Assembly: GCA_963815195.1 (NCBI GenBank)
Contig: CAWFGE010000018.1
Location: 128,001 to 192,000 of the forward strand
From: an uncultured Planctomycetaceae bacterium
GTDB lineage: Bacteria > Planctomycetota > Planctomycetia > Planctomycetales > Planctomycetaceae
Direction of reading: 5' to 3'
Length of the DNA stretch: 64,000 nucleotides
Part shown: positions 60,259 to 64,000 of the stretch, piece by piece
Layout of the letters: every line of letters begins with the position of its first letter
Numbering within the stretch: position 1 is the stretch's first letter
Notes under the pieces: generated by a model
Told to the model about the DNA's origin: nothing
Databases searched by the model: none
Seen by the model: the letters and a program-made list of their open reading frames with translations, nothing else
Program-made: the position numbers and the translations under genes

Positions 60259-60453
60259 TTAGCTAAAGCGGGCGGGGTTGGTTCGCCATAACAGTCCCAG
60301 GCAGCCGCCGGACGCCAGCCCGCCAATCAACAGCACCGCGCGGGCTCCGGCCATTTTCTCCGGAGGGAGTCCGCCGGCCCAAACCCAGCCGGCAATCGAA
60401 ATCCCCACCAGCGCCAGCAGAAACACGGTAATAATCGAGCGAATCAAATTCAT
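60259..60453 (-). CDS. Small 2-TM hypothetical protein
   Basis: 64 aa, two hydrophobic helices, AGAGGT RBS, located inside the operon. Confidence 0.65.
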   Translation of the reverse strand: MNLIRSIITVFLLALVGISIAGWVWAGGLPPEKMAGARAVLLIGGLASGGCLGLLWRTNPARFS

Positions 60454-60490
60454 GCTCGCACCTCTTGCCTTAGAAGAATGACTAAAAACA

Positions 60491-60570
60491 TGAGCGGTCG
60501 CCGCTCGCCTCCGGTTTCGATGAAAGGATATTCGCAACACCAAGACCGGAGGCGAGCGCCTCGCCGCTCA
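60491..60570 (-). mobile_element. ~80-bp MITE/REPIN-like element, copy C
   Basis: Reverse complement aligns with 34071-34148, including the spacer CCTTTCATCGAAACCGGAGGC. Confidence 0.7.
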
Positions 60571-60571
60571 C

Positions 60572-61174
60572 TCATGTCTGGGCCGCCGGGGCCGGGGCCG
60601 TGCGGGGATGCCACGCACACGAGCAGCCGTGATGGGCTTCTTCGCCCGGCAGCGGGAACATGTGGTAGAACATCGCGACCACCATCGGCACGAACACCAC
60701 CGTGTTATAAAACAGGTGCAACTCCACCCGCGGAACCACCAGCTGCACGAGGCTCACGGGCACGGGCGAGCCGAACAGGTTGTGATGCAGGATCGCCTGC
60801 GATTGGAGAATGGCATGTTCGATGTGGTGCCAGAACTGAATCCAAAACGCGATCATCCACCATGTGTAGGACTGCCCCACAAAACCTTTCCGCAGAATCC
60901 AAAACGCGATGAGCATGATCAAGGCGTAGCCGTAGTGCAGGGCTTCCGATTTGACGAGCCACGGGGCAAACAGCCCGAGAAAGCCGTACGATTCTTTGAC
61001 CGGCCAGTGCAGCAAATAAATCTGCGTCGCCTGGGCCAGATGCTCGGCCCAGTGCGCCAGAACAATTGCCGTGTAAATCCACAGGGCTTGCTTATGGTAG
61101 GGGCCGTTGATTTTTTCCATCCAGGTCATGTTCTCGTGGGCCTGATTCACGGAACAGGCGGCAGTCGATGACAT
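60572..61174 (-). CDS. His-rich 4-TM membrane protein with duplicated HxxEH motif
   Basis: HWAEH...EALHYGY and HHIEH...ELHLFY; HHGCSCAWH tail; GGAGGT RBS. Confidence 0.85.
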   Translation of the reverse strand: MSSTAACSVNQAHENMTWMEKINGPYHKQALWIYTAIVLAHWAEHLAQATQIYLLHWPVKESYGFLGLFAPWLVKSEALHYGYALIMLIAFWILRKGFVGQSYTWWMIAFWIQFWHHIEHAILQSQAILHHNLFGSPVPVSLVQLVVPRVELHLFYNTVVFVPMVVAMFYHMFPLPGEEAHHGCSCAWHPRTAPAPAAQT

Positions 61175-61406
61175 GGCGAACCTCCACGGTTAGGAAATGC
61201 TGAGGAATCCCCCAGGCGAAACTTTCATGGGGGACGATGGGATCAAACCGAGCGCAGCATGCGCGCCGGAACATGACCAAAGTCCGCAAACGCGAGAAGC
61301 TTCATCTGTGAAACAGCTTTCGTGCGCAGCTTTTTTCGTTTGTGAAAAAGGGCAAGCACGTCCCGCGGGGGGATCGGATCTTCACAGACGTTGCGGACCG
61401 TCTCCG

Positions 61407-61829
61407 CTAAGCGCGCGGAGGGTGTTCGATGCGGAGCGGATGACCGTCGGAGAGAATCAGAGCCGCCACCGTCGGCAAGGCTCTCGGGTCATCGGGGGGC
61501 GATTCGGTTTCCGTCTCCGGCCGCCAAACCTGGTCGGTCCCCGTGGGGGCCGTCGAAGTCGGAGCCATCGGCACGGGGGGATTGGAATCCCGGCCGCAGT
61601 TTGGACCGTGGCACGGCCGAGGCGTCGGGAGCGGCGAGTGGGAGTTTTGACTCCGTGCGGCGTCCGTTTTCTTGACGGAGTGGGCCAAATAATCGCCGCA
61701 ACTCGCAAAAACGGAGGCGGGGAACGCGCACAAAGCGAGCGCAAGGCCTGTTCCAACCAGGAACACGAATGAAGACCGGGAACAGGCGATGGGAAACGGT
61801 GAAGTGAAAGAAAGATCGCCGATCAACAT
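61407..61829 (-). CDS. Leader ORF / DUF2946-like putative metal-sensing arrest peptide
   Basis: Hydrophobic N-terminal segment, ASCGDYL, PCHGPNC, Pro-rich spacer, C-terminal RIEHPPRA. Confidence 0.65.
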   Translation of the reverse strand: MLIGDLSFTSPFPIACSRSSFVFLVGTGLALALCAFPASVFASCGDYLAHSVKKTDAARSQNSHSPLPTPRPCHGPNCGRDSNPPVPMAPTSTAPTGTDQVWRPETETESPPDDPRALPTVAALILSDGHPLRIEHPPRA

Positions 61830-61837
61830 ATCTCTCT

Positions 61838-61866
61838 AGGTTAAAGCGAGATCCCGCGAATGTCAA
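61838..61866 (-). promoter_or_regulatory. Sigma70-type promoter of the 61.8-49.6 kb operon
   Basis: TTGACA (61866-61861)-N17-TAACCT (61843-61838) on the minus strand. Confidence 0.6.
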
Positions 61867-62016
61867 TCGGGCGAATCCTTCCGCTCGCCCGGGTGCCGAT
61901 CCTCGCCATCTCCACGGAGATGTCGCAGCCCGAATCCTCTCCGCCTGCCCCAAGACCAAAGTCGATCTCCAAGGCGCATGCCAATCCAACGCGGAACCGG
62001 CTGCGACCCGCAGCGA

Positions 62017-62301
62017 CTAATGCTTATAGACCTTATGCTGCGGGCGGGTCGAGAGGATCTGCTCCTTGCCCCAGTCGGTCACCGCGCGGAACTCGTCGCT
62101 GCGAATGAACTCTTGAAACGCCTTTTCGTCCGACCATTCGCTGGTAATCAGATACGAGGCGTCGTCCGAGACATCTTTCCACAACGTGGACTGGGAATGC
62201 CCTTCCGCGGTGTTCAGGGCGTTCATCACGGCCTGGAATTTGTCTTCAAAATCCTGCTGCTTGCCTTCGATCACATGGTAATTCATGCCGACGGTAATCA
62301 T
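62017..62301 (-). CDS. Antibiotic biosynthesis monooxygenase (ABM) family protein
   Basis: MITVGMNYHV..GKQQDFE..F...GH..S.L...YLI.SEW.DEKAF..FI.S..F; AAGGTG RBS. Confidence 0.85.
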   Translation of the reverse strand: MITVGMNYHVIEGKQQDFEDKFQAVMNALNTAEGHSQSTLWKDVSDDASYLITSEWSDEKAFQEFIRSDEFRAVTDWGKEQILSTRPQHKVYKH

Positions 62302-62369
62302 TTGAGATAGCACCTTTTCTGGGGGTTAATTCAAAAGTGGAACGACAAATCGAAAACCGAGACGTCCGG

Positions 62370-64000
62370 TTACATCATTCCTTCCAGCACTTCCGGCGGG
62401 GCCTCGGCGTATTTTAAGGGTTCCATCGAATAGGAAGCCCGGCCTTGCGAGAGGCCCCGGCTTTCGTTGGAGTAGCCGAACATCTGCGACAGCGCCGCTT
62501 CCGCCTCCAACACGCACAAGTCGCCCCGGCGTTCGGAATTGATAATGTGCGCCCGGCGTTTGTTGAGGTCCGCCTGGATGTTGCCCAAAAAGTCTTCCGG
62601 CGTCACGACTTCCAGCCGCATAATCGGCTCCAACAGGACCATGGCTTTCTCGTCGATCGCCCGGTTCAAGGCCTCCCGGAATGCATGCGAACCCGCGGCT
62701 TGAATCGCCACATCCGTGGTTTCGCCTTCGCGGTAGTCCACGTCCAAGAGCGTGATCTTGACTTTCATCAAAGGATAACCCACCACGCCGCCGCCCGCGG
62801 CCTGATCCTTCAAAGTTTCCAAAAGCACGTCCAACAAAGCCGGCGGCAACTCGCCCGGCTTGAGCTTGTTGACGATCGTCACCGGCTTTTCGCTCTCGAA
62901 CGGCTCGAGCTGCACGGTCACGCGGGCGTACTGCGTGACCCCCGCCGACTGGCGGCTGAAATGTCCTTCGCCTTTCACCGGCTTGTTGACGGTCTCGCGG
63001 TAGCTGACCCGCGGCTTGTGGACCTTGACCTTCAAGTTGAAATCCCGCTCCATGCGGTGTTTGAGGACTTCCAGATGGAGTTCGCCCATGCCGCTGATAA
63101 TCGTCTGCCCGGTTTCCTCGCTGACGTTGGCCCGGAACGTGGGATCCTGCCGGGACAACCGGGTCAAAGTGTCGGCGAGGGCTTTGCGGTCCGCGGAGGA
63201 CTCCGGCTCGACCGCCATCGAGATCACCGTTTCCGGGAAGGTGATGCTTTCCAAGAGGATCGGCTTGGGCGTGTCGCAGAGCGTGTCCCCGGTGACCACG
63301 TCCTTGGGGCCGATGACGCCCACAATATCGCCGGCCTCCACCTCGTCCGTCTCCAGCTTTTCCCGGCGGTCGGCCTGGATGTGCCACAACTGATTGATAA
63401 GTTCCTTCTTCCCCGTGCGGGGGTTGAGCATCCGCGAACCCGATTTGAGCACTCCCGAATACACCCGCACAAAATTGAGATCCGCGTGCTTGTCGGCCAC
63501 GATTTTGAAAATCAAACCGCAAAACGGCTCGTCCGCCCCCGGCTTGCGGATTTCCGGGCCTTTGTCCTGCTTTTTGGGATTGGGATTCAGCCCGCGGATC
63601 GGCGGGACATCGAGCGGACTGGGCAGATAATTGGCGACGGCATCGAGCAAAGGCTGCACGCCGATGTAATTCAGCGACGACCCGCAAAACGTCGGCTGAA
63701 GCTGCCCGTGGATCGTCGCGAGCCTGAGCAGCCGGTGGATCTGTTCGACGGGCACATCTTCCGTCTCCATGTAGGCCGCGAGAACATCATCGTCCAAGAG
63801 AGCCACCGACTCCACCAGTTTCTGCCGCCATTTTTTGGCTCGGCCCTGATGCTCTTCGGGAATGTCCTTGACCTCGAAGTTCTTGCCCTGGCTTTCGGGA
63901 TCGAAATACAGAGCCTTCATTTCGATGAGGTCGATGATGCCCGTGAGGGCATTCGGATCGGGCGGAGAGCCGGCTCCCATCGGGATCTGGACGGCGATCG
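62370..64000 (-). CDS. fusA: Elongation factor G (5' part outside window), probably a secondary paralog
   Basis: GVQPLLDAV..YLPSP, FVRVYSG, ETGQTIISGMGELHLE, P.VSYRET, LLEPIM.LEVVTPE, MFGY...RGLSQGRA.YSME...Y. Confidence 0.93.
   Translation of the reverse strand, partial: IAVQIPMGAGSPPDPNALTGIIDLIEMKALYFDPESQGKNFEVKDIPEEHQGRAKKWRQKLVESVALLDDDVLAAYMETEDVPVEQIHRLLRLATIHGQLQPTFCGSSLNYIGVQPLLDAVANYLPSPLDVPPIRGLNPNPKKQDKGPEIRKPGADEPFCGLIFKIVADKHADLNFVRVYSGVLKSGSRMLNPRTGKKELINQLWHIQADRREKLETDEVEAGDIVGVIGPKDVVTGDTLCDTPKPILLESITFPETVISMAVEPESSADRKALADTLTRLSRQDPTFRANVSEETGQTIISGMGELHLEVLKHRMERDFNLKVKVHKPRVSYRETVNKPVKGEGHFSRQSAGVTQYARVTVQLEPFESEKPVTIVNKLKPGELPPALLDVLLETLKDQAAGGGVVGYPLMKVKITLLDVDYREGETTDVAIQAAGSHAFREALNRAIDEKAMVLLEPIMRLEVVTPEDFLGNIQADLNKRRAHIINSERRGDLCVLEAEAALSQMFGYSNESRGLSQGRASYSMEPLKYAEAPPEVLEGMM

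Noticed and set aside
1..64000. tRNA, rRNA or intact transposase genes
   Set aside because: None recognised by eye; tRNAscan-SE, Rfam and ISEScan would be needed to exclude them formally.

Overview
GC-rich bacterial DNA, almost certainly from a Planctomycetota (Planctomycetales-like) genome. Supporting markers are two DUF1501 genes, two DUF1080 genes, a planctomycete-type 'E-x-F/L-E-x-R-x-LL' secretion motif, planctomycete Flp-like pilins and an OmcB/DUF11-like protein. At least nine genes carry short indels, most simply explained as uncorrected long-read errors. Contents in order: a DUF1080 gene; a PL11 rhamnogalacturonan lyase; a bufferin-like MNIO RiPP cluster (Tat-lipoprotein Cys-rich precursor, DUF692, DUF2063-like); a Gfo/Idh/MocA oxidoreductase; a cysteine desulfurase; an FHA / MBL-hydrolase / Ser-Thr kinase trio; a zinc-ribbon membrane protein with a ligase-like OB domain; ppsA; a Cys-rich secreted protein; a catalytically dead sulfatase-like protein; alpha-glucan enzymes (GH63-like, GH13, debranching enzyme); an AT-richer GTPase-like + membrane gene pair; a partial Tad pilus locus; nrdJ with tandem NrdR boxes; a decayed inverted-type integron with two clearly bounded cassettes; and an FG-GAP/beta-helix secreted protein. 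The most striking feature is a ~12 kb minus-strand operon (61.8-49.6 kb). It combines PKS-free enediyne UnbV/UnbU-like genes, a CcoG/NapH-like polyferredoxin, several proteins with copper-type ligand motifs and a porin, headed by a Cys-containing leader ORF ending in a stall-like HPPR motif. An ABM monooxygenase and a partial, divergent fusA close the window. Several REP/MITE-like palindromic repeat families lie in intergenic gaps. All family calls come from motif recognition by eye; no database search was run.
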